Below, piece by piece: positions 20,138-31,400 of a stretch of DNA of 37,778 bases. Made by a program: the position numbers and the translations under genes. The notes beneath the pieces are model-generated. The model did not search any database. It saw only the letters and a list, made by a program, of their open reading frames with translations, and had not been told where the DNA came from. Every line of letters begins with the position of its first letter. Positions within the stretch are counted from its first letter, which is position 1. Source of the DNA: Stramenopiles sp. TOSAG23-3 (lineage: Eukaryota); assembly GCA_900128585.1 (NCBI GenBank), contig LT642190.1, positions 1 to 37,778 on the forward strand, given 5' to 3'.

Positions 20138-23100
20138 CTACAGTTTCTCTAACGTGTCTTCGATTTCCGCGGAAGTCATATCTATCTTGGAGTCCACCGA
20201 CTTTCCTGATCTTTTGGAGGATCGAAACAATGGGTTTTCGAACGACGCTAAGCTGTCCCTGATTCGGCGCACCGAAGATCGCGCCCCCCTGCCAACCCCG
20301 CCCGTGTTCGGGTTCAAACCGTTTGTGGGAGAGTTATTTTTCGATCGTCGGTTGTTTGACCTTCTCGAACCGTGCCTGCGCAGCTGCCCCGTTTGAGCGT
20401 CGCCGCAAACGCCTTCCAGCCAAGACTCGACGTCGGAGGGTATGATTGCAAGGTAACTTTGGCCACCCGTGTAGCCTTCCTCGGGCAAACGGTCCAGCGG
20501 CTCAAAGGACAAGGAGGATTCCTTGGAGGCACGGACGTACGTCGTTTGACTCACATGAGTCCGTTCCGGGACCCCTCCACTTTCCATGACCTCGGCTTCT
20601 TCTACCGTTTCCCCCCACACGTCGAATATAAACTTCTTTCCACCGACCACACCGCCAACAACAGCACCGGACGCGACGCCCACACGGATACGAAGGTCTT
20701 TCCCGAACGGCCCTTTCCCGTTCAATTTGTGGCGGATGTTAAGTTTTGCCATAACCCAGTGCATTCCTATCCCAAACTGCACCATCGACGCTGCATGATT
20801 CGCAAGGGGCGACAGGACGCCGGTGCAGGCAACGTAGCAGTCGCCCAGCGTTTTTACTTTATCGACGCCGACGCGCTTTGCCAGCTCGTCGTGCATGGCA
20901 AACATGTCGTTCAATATTTGAACCAGCCGGATGGGGACCATGTTGGTGCTGAACACGGTGAACGATACAATATCGGCGAACAGGATTGTGCCATAGGCGT
21001 CCAGAACGACCTGCTTGCCACTCTTCAAGCCCTCGACCAAAATCGGTGGCAACGAAATAAGTTTCCCATGCTTTCCCTGCTCCGTTTCGATGGTTTCTTG
21101 CTGCTTTTTAATCCCCATCAACTTCATGAACATGCCACGGTGGCGAGCGTCCAGTTTGTAGCCAATGACGATGCTCACCAGCATCATGTGGACAAACTTT
21201 TCCACGATAAAGTCTAACGTGTTGCTGCAGAGTTTGTTATCGTGCAAGCCTATGAAGCACGATTGGTTCGTGCCCAAGACGACATACAGCAGTGCAAGCA
21301 ACGTGCTCAAAACCGCGGCAAACAGGTACGGCATGGTCGAATAGGTATTGATCAGGGTCAAATAGAACAGCATGACCCAACCGTAGTAATGGGCTTGTAC
21401 GGCCAAATTCAAAAAGACCCCCCCGATGATGACTTGAAGCACGCTTCCGAGGATTTCCAATCGAATGTCGTACGACAAACGGGTAATGAAAACGTACACG
21501 GTTGTGATGGGGATGACAATGCAGGACGTCCAGAAGCGGGCTTGGACCAACATGTCCTCGTCGTACGCCCGGACGCGCTCCCCAGGAAAGCACGCCGTGT
21601 TGTTGGTCGTATTGATCGGAAGGTTGAGGTCCGTGCAATACTTCAACTTGGCGCAGGACTCTTCCGCATTTTCCCAGGACATTTCGCTTGCGGTGGTCGT
21701 TATCAACGGGTCGATGCACTTGTCGTTCATGATGTTGGACGTGTAAATGTTGTTCAGTATTGCTACGCAGCAGATCATGATGAGCCAAATGGTTAAAATT
21801 GGAATCGATATTGCTTCCTTCCGGTCTTTATTGAAACTGAACTCTATCCCGCGCAGCGTACCGCTTCGGATAGTATGCAGCACGGCACGGATAGGGTTCA
21901 AAAAGTTCATGGTCGCACGCCGCAGTTTGTCATCCTTTCGCGTCTTCTCCGCTTTGCGCAGCATTTCGTGCGCATCCACCAAATCATCCTTCATGGCAAC
22001 ACACTGTTCGCACGAGCGCTGCTTGTATATTTTCTGGTTCGAGCAGTTATCGCACAGCAGCCGACCGCAGAACCGGCAGTGGTGTCGCCTGAAACAGATG
22101 GTGAAGCGAGCGTTGCACTCCTCGCAATGTTGGGACGATTCATCCCCGGTCCACAAGTGCTTTCCAATTTTCAGGTCGTCCTTGTTCGCCATCATCTCCG
22201 CAATTTTATCGTTGCTGTAGTTTGCGATCATGTGAATCGGGGCATTCTTGTGGATCGAGCTGCGCCTTCGGCCGCGATCGTCGGAGACCCCGCGCCGCAA
22301 CTGGCGCTTGTTGACCCGGGCGTGCATTTTGTTGTTCGGTTTTCGAATGCCGATCATGGGGTCGCTGGCATCGCGCTTCTGCACGAACAGGAAACACTCC
22401 ATCATCCCTTTCCCTTTCACGTTGATCATGCCCCTAGACTCAAACTCGAACTCATCCTTCAAGATCTCCGTAGTCGCCTTGGTCGTCTGGATCCTGCCCT
22501 TGACACCGCAGCTGTACATTCGACTGGCAGTGTTTGCCGCGTCGCCCCAGAGGTCGTACGTAAAGTTCTGGGACCCGATGACCCCGGCAACGACGGGGCC
22601 ACTACTGACACCGATTTTGTAGCTCAGGTCATCCTGGAGCATGGTGCCATTGTTGAAATCCTTTATGTTCTCTATCATGGCGAACGCAAAATGGGCCATG
22701 TGGGAGGCGTGGTCGTCGTCTGGGACGGGCAGCCCGGCCCCGGCCATGTAGGTGTCCCCCACCGTTTTAATTTTCTCAATCATGTGCTTGTCCGTCAGGT
22801 CGTCGAAACGCTTGTACAGCATGTCGATGACTTCAACGACTTGGACGGTTGGGAGCTTGTCGAACAGGTCGTGTATCCCCAAAACTTTGGCAAAAATAAT
22901 AGTGACAGAGTTGAACTCGTCTGCGATCGCGGCGCCGTTCCGCAGCGTTTTGATCCGGGGGATGATTGCCCGCGGCAGCACCCGCTCCAACAGCGTTTCG
23001 GACTTCTTTATGTTCTCCATCAAGATCTCCTGCTCCTCGTCGAAGCTCAAATGCAGCAAGTAGTTCTGCAGCTGGAGCGTTTCCGGCAGCTTTGTATATA

Positions 23101-23962
23101 TGTGCTGCACGACCCACCAGCCGAACAACGGGGCGAGCTTGTGCAGTTTGTGCTCCCGTATAATGGCAAAATTGACGAGTTGGCAAAGGCAGTAAAACCC
23201 CGAGCCGTACGCGACCGTTTTCCACGACCGATGAACACCGACTTTTCCGGGAAAGTGGTGCACGGCGCTCACGAACAGAATCATCGAACTGTCGTAAAAG
23301 GTCGGGGCCCCCAGGGCCACTTCGGCAATGCCCGTCAAAATCGGGAACAACAGGTAGAGGCCGAGAAGCGCCCGCCTCTTGCTGTAGTCGGATTGGATTT
23401 TCGGCAGCTCCCCGTACATCATGGCAACGATGACGATGTTTGCCACCCCGTACAGGGCGATCGGCGACCAGCACCAATTGAGCCGCTCGGAGATTTTCAT
23501 GTCCTCCCCGTTCCCATTGCGCACCGCTGCGTAGTGCCCCTTTTCTAAATCATACCACGTGAAAACGATGGAGCCCAAGAACAAGATGAAGCTTTGGACG
23601 GCGTGCTTGAACTCGAGCGACCCGAGCATTTCGTCCTTCATGTTCGAAATATACTCGTCGTCCTTCTCTTCCGCTTGGTGCAGGAACATACTGTTCGCCT
23701 TGTCCATGCTCGCCTTCAGCGTGAGCGTCTCCGAAAACGTCAAGCGCTTGTGCTTTGAATCGAACATCAGCTTTTCCGACCCACGCGCTTTGTTGAAGTC
23801 ATCAAACCCCCCCTCCGTCTCGCTGCCCCTGCTCATGTTCCTTGATCGCAAGGTATCAGGAATGTTCAGCTCTTCCGCCATTTCCGGCGCGGCCTGGGAT
23901 TGCCGACGCACGCCAGACCGTTTTCGCCGCGGCCTCTTCCCTTTTCCACCGTTACCGGACAT
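20138..23962 (-). CDS. 12-TM class III nucleotidyl (predicted adenylyl) cyclase, architecture M1-cyclase-FYVE-M2-cyclase
   Basis: Two cyclase domains (EKIKTVGDTYM..YDLWGDAANTASRM and FADIVSFT..KVKTLGDCY..FDVWG), two clusters of about 6 hydrophobic helices, and FYVE WTGD..CEEC..RRHHCRFCG..CDNC..RSCEQC. First ATG at 23962. Confidence 0.9.
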   Translation of the reverse strand: MSGNGGKGKRPRRKRSGVRRQSQAAPEMAEELNIPDTLRSRNMSRGSETEGGFDDFNKARGSEKLMFDSKHKRLTFSETLTLKASMDKANSMFLHQAEEKDDEYISNMKDEMLGSLEFKHAVQSFILFLGSIVFTWYDLEKGHYAAVRNGNGEDMKISERLNWCWSPIALYGVANIVIVAMMYGELPKIQSDYSKRRALLGLYLLFPILTGIAEVALGAPTFYDSSMILFVSAVHHFPGKVGVHRSWKTVAYGSGFYCLCQLVNFAIIREHKLHKLAPLFGWWVVQHIYTKLPETLQLQNYLLHLSFDEEQEILMENIKKSETLLERVLPRAIIPRIKTLRNGAAIADEFNSVTIIFAKVLGIHDLFDKLPTVQVVEVIDMLYKRFDDLTDKHMIEKIKTVGDTYMAGAGLPVPDDDHASHMAHFAFAMIENIKDFNNGTMLQDDLSYKIGVSSGPVVAGVIGSQNFTYDLWGDAANTASRMYSCGVKGRIQTTKATTEILKDEFEFESRGMINVKGKGMMECFLFVQKRDASDPMIGIRKPNNKMHARVNKRQLRRGVSDDRGRRRSSIHKNAPIHMIANYSNDKIAEMMANKDDLKIGKHLWTGDESSQHCEECNARFTICFRRHHCRFCGRLLCDNCSNQKIYKQRSCEQCVAMKDDLVDAHEMLRKAEKTRKDDKLRRATMNFLNPIRAVLHTIRSGTLRGIEFSFNKDRKEAISIPILTIWLIMICCVAILNNIYTSNIMNDKCIDPLITTTASEMSWENAEESCAKLKYCTDLNLPINTTNNTACFPGERVRAYDEDMLVQARFWTSCIVIPITTVYVFITRLSYDIRLEILGSVLQVIIGGVFLNLAVQAHYYGWVMLFYLTLINTYSTMPYLFAAVLSTLLALLYVVLGTNQSCFIGLHDNKLCSNTLDFIVEKFVHMMLVSIVIGYKLDARHRGMFMKLMGIKKQQETIETEQGKHGKLISLPPILVEGLKSGKQVVLDAYGTILFADIVSFTVFSTNMVPIRLVQILNDMFAMHDELAKRVGVDKVKTLGDCYVACTGVLSPLANHAASMVQFGIGMHWVMAKLNIRHKLNGKGPFGKDLRIRVGVASGAVVGGVVGGKKFIFDVWGETVEEAEVMESGGVPERTHVSQTTYVRASKESSLSFEPLDRLPEEGYTGGQSYLAIIPSDVESWLEGVCGDAQTGQLRRHGSRRSNNRRSKNNSPTNGLNPNTGGVGRGARSSVRRIRDSLASFENPLFRSSKRSGKSVDSKIDMTSAEIEDTLEKL

Positions 23963-25483
23963 TCTCTTTATGGTTAACAAATTGAAACACTCTCTGAAAA
24001 AACCGTTGGTCCGTAGGTTCTTTCTTCCGTTTCCGCTGCTTTCAAACCACACGTTCAAGACCTACCCGTCCTCTTCATATCTTTTCAGTTCCTTTCGGTT
24101 CTGTCAAACCTTCCGCCCCTTTTCGATTACTTGTTTCCTCTTGTGCGTGCTTTTATTTTCCAAAACATTTTGTATCAAAAATCTTACTCCAATGTACTTC
24201 ACACCCGAAAGACAAGGCTTCTACATTCCCCATCGATACCAACTTCTTGGATTAAATAAAGCAGTAACATTCGATTGTAAAGTAGTCATACAAATCGATA
24301 CAAAATTCTCATATTTTCAAGTAAGGTATGATTGTATACTCTTCATAGGCAATGCACGAAGGGAAGGAGGTGGACTGGTAGTGTACATAGAAATAGCATT
24401 GATGCGTGACCACGTATTGGTTGGAATACATGGCACAGCAAAGGATTTTCTAATTTTTGTGCACAGTTGTACCAAACGAATTGAATAGGGTGAATGAATC
24501 GTAATAATACAAACATATAAGTACAGAATAAAAGAATATGAGTTGATTGTTTAATAGGTAAGGATATCGTTGTATATTGGAATCGTACGGTTTTGTTTTA
24601 GGTAGAAAAGTGGTAAGAAGACAATGGGAAAAAGAAAGTGGATTGATGAAGCAATGGCAAAAGAAGGAAACTTGATCTTAATTCTTAATTCATTCTGTGG
24701 AATTCTTTGGGAATTCGGAAGGGAGGGAAATGTTCTTTGCTTTTTCTGGGAGAATGTAGATAGATATTATGGGTATATTAAATTGTATGGGTTAACCTTG
24801 TAATTATGAAATACTTTAAATGGAATTCAGTTTTTGAAGAATGAAAATGAAAACTTCTAAATTTTATGAAAGTTTTGTTAGAATTAACAGGACACAGGGA
24901 GAGAGACAAAAGGGAAGGAGACCAACCAACCATATATTCAATGCTGTGTATATGTTTTCATCAAATATTCATTAAATTTCTTTGATTTCCTTCCCTGCAT
25001 CTTTCTTAGAAGGAACATAGCATTGAAAAAAGGAAAACGGAAGTGAATTGGGTGATTGTAAAGTTCACCCATAATAGAATTGGTTTTATTGTAGTAACAT
25101 ATAGGAACATAGAAGTACTTGAAGTATTATTGTTTTTTATTTAAAGGTATACTGACAAAAGGACCATATATATGAAGATTCATATAGGGGAACATTATTA
25201 AAGTATACGAAGAATGTACAAGGTGGCCATTACTGCAGATCTGATTTTAGGTGCAACATTACACAGCATAAGATACGGAATATTCCTTAAACTTGATGTA
25301 GAAGACCTTGACCAAAAATGGCTTGTCAGAGCTGTTTGAACAATCCAAATGTTTAATAGTCTCAAACACACCTCCATGTATATATAAAACCAAAACTGTG
25401 CCCATTGGCACTCAAACTACTGTAATAATGCAAAGATATCATATTGAAATGAAAAGTTTGGAGCAGATCGATTGGGTCAAATG

Positions 25484-25534
25484 AAAACCTGAAGACAGCT
25501 ATAGAAAGCCCTGTATCCATAGAATAAGTCCTAG
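25484..25534 (+). repeat. 51-bp direct repeat, copy 1
   Basis: AAAACCTGAAGACAGCTATAGAAAGCCCTGTATCCATAGAATAAGTCCTAG; one mismatch to 26291-26341. Confidence 0.95.
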
Positions 25535-25575
25535 TTAAGATCGATCGGAATCGAGGAGATATATGTACTGCACAA

Positions 25576-26334
25576 ATGCTGTTGGCTGAATTAAATGCCA
25601 GTTTGAAAGCTGAACGCACGGAAGCCAAGCGTATCTACCAAGCGGACGTGCAAGGAAACAACGGGAGTGCGAAGAAATACCCGAACAAATATTGCTTGGG
25701 ATCGAAGCTCCCCAGGATTAAAGGCAATTATTATCGATTGATAGAAATGTTTGGGCAATATGTGTACGACAGAAGGGATTTGGATGCAGCGACCACGAGA
25801 AAAGAGAACGCCATGAAGGCGGAGTTGCACGCAATGCGCAAACGGATTTGGGTATATCGAAAATTCTATGGGACTGACAGGACGAACGAAGACTATCAGC
25901 AGCTTTTGGACAAAGCTGACGACAAATTTGCTTACTACGATTCTGGTTTTGAAGAAAAACAGGCGGCAATAAGCGACACCGAATCGAACAGCAGTAGCAG
26001 CTCAGACGGGCTAGAGGACGGGCTAGTTCTCATTGAAACTGGTAACGCCAATTTCGACAAAGGACAGCAGGATGGCAAAAGAGCAGTAAAAAAAATCAAC
26101 AAGGAAGCGAGGAAAATAAGAAGAAATTTGGAGAAAAATAAAAAGGACATTGCGGAAATTATTGGACCGTTGACAGCAGGTGACCCGCCGATGAATGCGT
26201 TTGACAGAGACCACTACGCACCCCAAGATCAGGAACAAAGATTGGATGGGAGTAACGAGAATCCGCAAATCGCGAATACTTGTCCAAATAAAAACCTGAA
26301 GACAGCTATAGAAAGCCCTTTATCCATAGAATAA
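25576..26334 (+). CDS. Hypothetical 252-aa charged/helical protein between direct repeats
   Basis: ATG-initiated ORF, visibly more A-rich than neighbouring genes; its stop lies inside repeat copy 2. No family recognised. Confidence 0.5.
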   Translation: MLLAELNASLKAERTEAKRIYQADVQGNNGSAKKYPNKYCLGSKLPRIKGNYYRLIEMFGQYVYDRRDLDAATTRKENAMKAELHAMRKRIWVYRKFYGTDRTNEDYQQLLDKADDKFAYYDSGFEEKQAAISDTESNSSSSSDGLEDGLVLIETGNANFDKGQQDGKRAVKKINKEARKIRRNLEKNKKDIAEIIGPLTAGDPPMNAFDRDHYAPQDQEQRLDGSNENPQIANTCPNKNLKTAIESPLSIE

Positions 26335-26341
26335 GTCCTAG
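26291..26341 (+). repeat. 51-bp direct repeat, copy 2
   Basis: AAAACCTGAAGACAGCTATAGAAAGCCCTTTATCCATAGAATAAGTCCTAG, 807 bp after copy 1. Confidence 0.95.
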
Positions 26342-27326
26342 AGATTTGGTAGCAAATGCGCAATCAGTTCGAAAGTTGAGAGTCTAGTGGCCTTCTTGCG
26401 TTGCTTGTCTTCTTCCCTTTTTTTTCCTTCTTCTTCTTCTTTTTCTTCTTCCTTTTTCTTCTTCCTTTTTCTTCCTAGGAGAAGGAGTGTAATTTGTACA
26501 TTCTGTTATTGTTTACAGGGCCTTCTCCTCTTCTTCCACCTCTATTTCATTGATATTTATAATTATTATGCATGGTTTTCCATAAGAAACTTTTGTTGTA
26601 ATTGCAGAGAAGGCATTTTTAAGGTCCAATTAATAATTATTTCATAACATAAACAGAGCATTCGAAAATGTCATTATATTTATAAAGAAAATAGCAATCC
26701 CTTTATTTAGACTAGCTTGTTGATTTGATCTAATAATACTGTGATTATATGTTATATGTTGTAATCAGTAGTAATCAGAGGAAGTCTTCGAGTCATTGGC
26801 ATCCATCGAGCATCGACTCTCCGTCCGTCCTTCCTTCCTTCCTTCCTTCCTTCATTTGTTAACTTGGAGCTATTTCCATGATATACAATATTACATAATT
26901 ACAGCATTGAAAGAAGAAGAAGAAGAAGAAGAACACTGCTTCTTTCCAATTTAACTATACAATATATTCGTACTATTCATTTCCTATCATTCCCTACTAC
27001 AATTACAGTACATGCTATTTAATGTATTAAATAACACCTCCTCCTCCTCTTCTTTCCTTTTCTTTCTTTCTTTCTTTCTTCTTTCTTTCTATCTTTTTCC
27101 TCTGCTCTTCTCTTTCTTCTGCTCATCATCATCAATCATAACAACAAAATAAGTGCGAATCTTTTCAATTTACTATACTTCACAAACTTTCGTTTGGAAC
27201 GAAATATATTTACGCCTTCAAATTTACCATCAACATGCAAAGACATTTGTTCAATTTAGAACTATTGAATATTAGCATACGTATACGGTTTATTGACGGA
27301 ACAGAGCCGAACACGATTTGAACACC

Positions 27327-28196
27327 ATGGCAGCACTCGCCCCGCCTTCTTATGGCTCCCGAAATGCCCACATAGAGCAGCCGGTTTCAAACGGGCCGTA
27401 CACCACGCCCAGGTTCGTTTGGAATGCAAAATGTACTGATTCCCTGATAGATAATCTGCAGAGGGCCGTCTTTGCACTGAGTGCGTCGGCATCTATGTTC
27501 GTCTGTGACAGTTACATCATAGGGGGGCAAGACGCTCAGCTTGTGGGACGCGTATTTTTCCCAAAACTACCGTACGGACAGTTCTGCGGCCCGGAGGATT
27601 TCCGCGAGCCCCAAGCAAGCACGTGCTCTTTGTACGCCACCAAAGACTGCCTTTTTGTTCTTCTCGGCACCAAAACCGACCAACGAAGCATTCACGATGT
27701 TGTAGACGGGATATTTTCAAAGTGGGGGGGGCTCAAGGACGTTGTTGCGCTGGACTCGGTTGCTTTGGAAGAAGTCGAGCGCGCCAATTCGTCTGCGGCC
27801 CCAAGCCCGGCCACCTCCTCCAAGCTGTGGTCACTTAGTACGTCCTGTGGCACCAGCGTTGCGACGGTGTCCCCTTTGCCAACGGAATGTTTGGTGCAAG
27901 GAACGTGCGCAACCGTGCTCTCTTACTGTGAGGCCAGAGGATTAGCGGCTAGCGCAGTTTTTACCACGGTCGACGTGTTAAACTCAGACATTGATAGTGA
28001 TGCCAAATCTTTCTGCAAGTTGCAGAGTTTGCCCTCTTTCTTGCCGCCTTCCGCGGAGAAAAGTGGAGACGATAGAACGCGCGCCTTGAACAATGCCAGG
28101 GCAGTCTTACGGGGGGAAGCTATGTGCTGTGTTATCTCCGCCGCAACGGCAGCGAGTCCAGCTGGGCGCACTGCTGATTCGGGTTTGTATTTATAA
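27327..28196 (+). CDS. PSMG1: Proteasome assembly chaperone 1 (PAC1/PSMG1)-like protein
   Basis: PLPTECLVQGTCATVLSYCEARG resembles the PSMG1 'P.LE.PN.V..L.AAVLSYC' block; C-terminal HbYX motif (GLYL); size fits. Confidence 0.65.
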   Translation: MAALAPPSYGSRNAHIEQPVSNGPYTTPRFVWNAKCTDSLIDNLQRAVFALSASASMFVCDSYIIGGQDAQLVGRVFFPKLPYGQFCGPEDFREPQASTCSLYATKDCLFVLLGTKTDQRSIHDVVDGIFSKWGGLKDVVALDSVALEEVERANSSAAPSPATSSKLWSLSTSCGTSVATVSPLPTECLVQGTCATVLSYCEARGLAASAVFTTVDVLNSDIDSDAKSFCKLQSLPSFLPPSAEKSGDDRTRALNNARAVLRGEAMCCVISAATAASPAGRTADSGLYL

Positions 28197-28408
28197 TAAT
28201 ATAGTTGGTGTGAATACGAAAATAACTTTTAAACCGATGCAAACATTTTTAGTTATGATAGAGGATTTTAAAGTTCTGATTTCAATTTAATTCCTCAGTT
28301 TATCTAAAATTACTACACCCCACCGCATAATTTTTTTGCTCTGTTATTTAAGATTAAATTTATCTTATGATAAAAAGGCTATAATGCTAAATTAAGTATT
28401 TTCACTGT

Positions 28409-31400
28409 TTAGTCTTTCGACGGTACCGCCGTGTCCTCGGCTACCAGCGCTTCCTTTTCCTCGACTTCCACCGCCTCCCGTTCCTCGGCTGTCACTTCTT
28501 CCTCTTTTTTCTGGTTTTCTTTTCCAACGCTTCCCACCGTTCGTTTCAGCGTAAACCCCCTTGTGCCGTCTGGGGCTTTCGCGACTTTGCTCAGAACCAT
28601 CCCCCCTTTGTGCCCACCACTTTCCAGCCTTGCCAGTAGCAGGTTTTGGTTGACGCGCTGGCGAGAGGTGCGAAACTTGGGCGCGGCTTTGATCAATTCA
28701 ATGTTGACCGCCTTCAGTGGCGCTCGACTGTGTGGTTTGCCTTTGCCCGACAACGTTTTCTTGCCAACATTGACCAAGAGGTAGCTGACTTCATCTCCCG
28801 TGCTGAGAGCAATTTGCTCCCCGGCACCGTTCGGAAAAATATCGCTTGCGTCGAACCGAACACTGTTTGTGCGGAACTCATACGACCTTATATTGCCGCC
28901 AATAACTTCGCTGTCCTCGCCCAACCGAACATTTTCTACGACGCCTTTGTCGGCAACACCGTGCTGTGACTTTAGCTTGATGTCGTACGCAACGACCGTG
29001 TCCTTCAAGAGCTTGTCTTGGGCGATCGAGAATTCCACCACATCCCCAATTCGCGGTATCCACACACGGCCGTCAGAGAAACGGCAGTCAAACGTTCGGA
29101 AAGAAACGGGTAGGAACGCCTTTCGGGGCGGTTTCGCTGCATCGGAGTCTTCGAGTTTCGCCTTCTCCAAGCGCTCGGTAAGGCTGGTCAGCTCTTCCAA
29201 GGCGCCCGACAGCTTTTCCTTAGGGTGGGATTCCTGGACACTTTCCCCAGATGCCTCTTCCGTACCCGCTGTTACAGGGTCAGCTTTCACTGGGGCTGCT
29301 TTGACGGGGTCAGCTTTTTCTGGGGCCCCTTTCGCTGGCACCTGGTTTCGCCGTGGTTTGGTATGCTGGGTCAGCATTGCCTCAAAGCGCTCCTTAAGCT
29401 CATCCTCTCCGGAGACGTCGATCTTGCCCAGCTGCCGTCGCCTTGGAACAGGACGGCCCCGCACCCCACGACCGCGGCGCTCGCTGGCCCCCTCGACGTT
29501 TTCCGAAACGACGACACCTTCAAACTTTCCCGCAAACCCTTCTATTTCTACAAAACGGTATTCTTTCCCGAGCTTTTTGGCAATGGTGCCCTTGGCCAGG
29601 CGTTTAACTTTCAGCGCACTGGCTTTATCGCCGTCTGCGTCTCTGCGGCCGGGCCGCTTGGTCCTGCGGGAGTCTTTTTCGATGTTACCGACGACAAACT
29701 CGACCTCGTCGCCAGTGCACAACGGTGGGCTGGATTTCTTCGCTTTCGATTTGGACGAACCTTTGCCCCGTTTGTCGCGGTTAGGCGCTTGGCCGGCCAG
29801 TTCATTTTGGTGGAACGAATACCGCCCCCTCGTTTTGGACACGCACTCGATGTAACCAACAGGTTTGTTCTTGTTGTAAAAGGCAACGATGCCGTACTCC
29901 TTAGGGATCACAATGGGTTTTTTCTTCGTTACTTTAATTTTTCGACCGTGTAGCACTTCGCCAGAAGAAAGGCTTACGTTTCGCACGAACAGTTCGCATT
30001 CGACCTCGTCCCCGACGCCCAGGTTCGTCCTTATGCTTTCGAGCGCATCAGGCATGAATTGTACTTGGACCGGTAACTCCGTCGCTGCTGGATTGTCCTC
30101 TTCGGGTTCTGCTGCGTCCTCGGCCTTCAGGTTTTGGCCCTTCTTCTTTCTGTCCGGTTTTCCCCGTTTCACGCCCTTGCTCTTCTTTGCCCCATTCTTT
30201 CCTTCCCCATCGGCCGCTCGTCGAATGGTGAACTTTGTCAAAGGGACCCTGGACCGTGATTTGGTAGGGGATGCTTCCTTGACTTGAAACCCAAACTCCC
30301 GGCAAGTCTCCGTCAAAAAATATCGTTTCAATGGAGAACATCTCAGTGCCTCCACTTCTAACTGCTTGGCACTCTTCGCGGCTCTAAAATCGAGCAAGCG
30401 CGCCTGAAGCAGGGGAAACAACGCCTGGAGGTTCTTCCATCCGATCGCCGAGGCATTCACCTCGATTGTTCCGTTGCCCTTCTCGTGCCCTCTCCCGCTG
30501 CGACCGCCAGGGCCGTGGTTCGATGCAACTTCCGTGACCACCCCCGGCACTTTCGTCGACACAACGCTCGTTTTCCGCTTCGCCAAAGCCCCTTTTGGAA
30601 GAATGACTACACGGGTGGCAATCTGGCGCTTGTTGCCTTCCTTGTCGTTCGAATACGGATCGTCCTCCACGTCGAACGAAATATCGTAACGTTCTTGCAA
30701 GGGCGGGGGCATGCCACGTTGGTTCCCAGCCGTTCCACCTGCTGCGGAATTGCGAATGTTGGCGAACACGGAACTGAAACTAAGTAAAATATTTCCTCGC
30801 TGCGTGCTTCTTTGGCTTAGTGCGAACCCCTCTCGAACTTGCATGACTGTTCCATACTCTCTGCTGGCTCGTTGCACGTGGCTGCCCCGTTTGTACGGGG
30901 CGACCATTGCAATGTTCGAGACCCGCAGCTTTCGGTCTTTCCCATAGTTTGCTCTGGTGATGTCAAGCTTCACCTGGTCCCCGGGCAGAAACTGGGCGGG
31001 CAGGTCGCGCCCGAGCCATGCCCAGTCCGTGTACAGTACGTCGTCGCTCGAGAAAGAGATATCGCTCTTGAGGTTGCTGGAAACCGACCGGGACCGGCGG
31101 CCGCCGCCCTTCTTCTTCTTCTGCGTGGGACTTGCCCCAGGGCCAGGGTTAAGGAGCGAGGCGTCTTCCAGTTCTATCACCCCGCCTCGTCCGACGGGTT
31201 TCGCAGTCTGGTGGCCCTTTCTGCCCCGTGAAGATCGGGAGGTGCGGGGAAACTCGACGCCCTTAGTGACGTACCCGAAGGCGCCTTTGGCTACGACTTC
31301 AAAGAACGACACCGTTCCGGCTTTCAATTTCTTCAGCTGCACGGCGAACTCCGTCGCATCGTCGTCTTTTGCGGCCGATGGCAAGTTCGGGACGTCAACG

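Noticed and set aside
23559-24488. 309-aa + strand ORF overlapping the cyclase start
   Set aside because: Antisense to the cyclase, then runs into AT-rich intergenic DNA; non-ATG start and no motifs.
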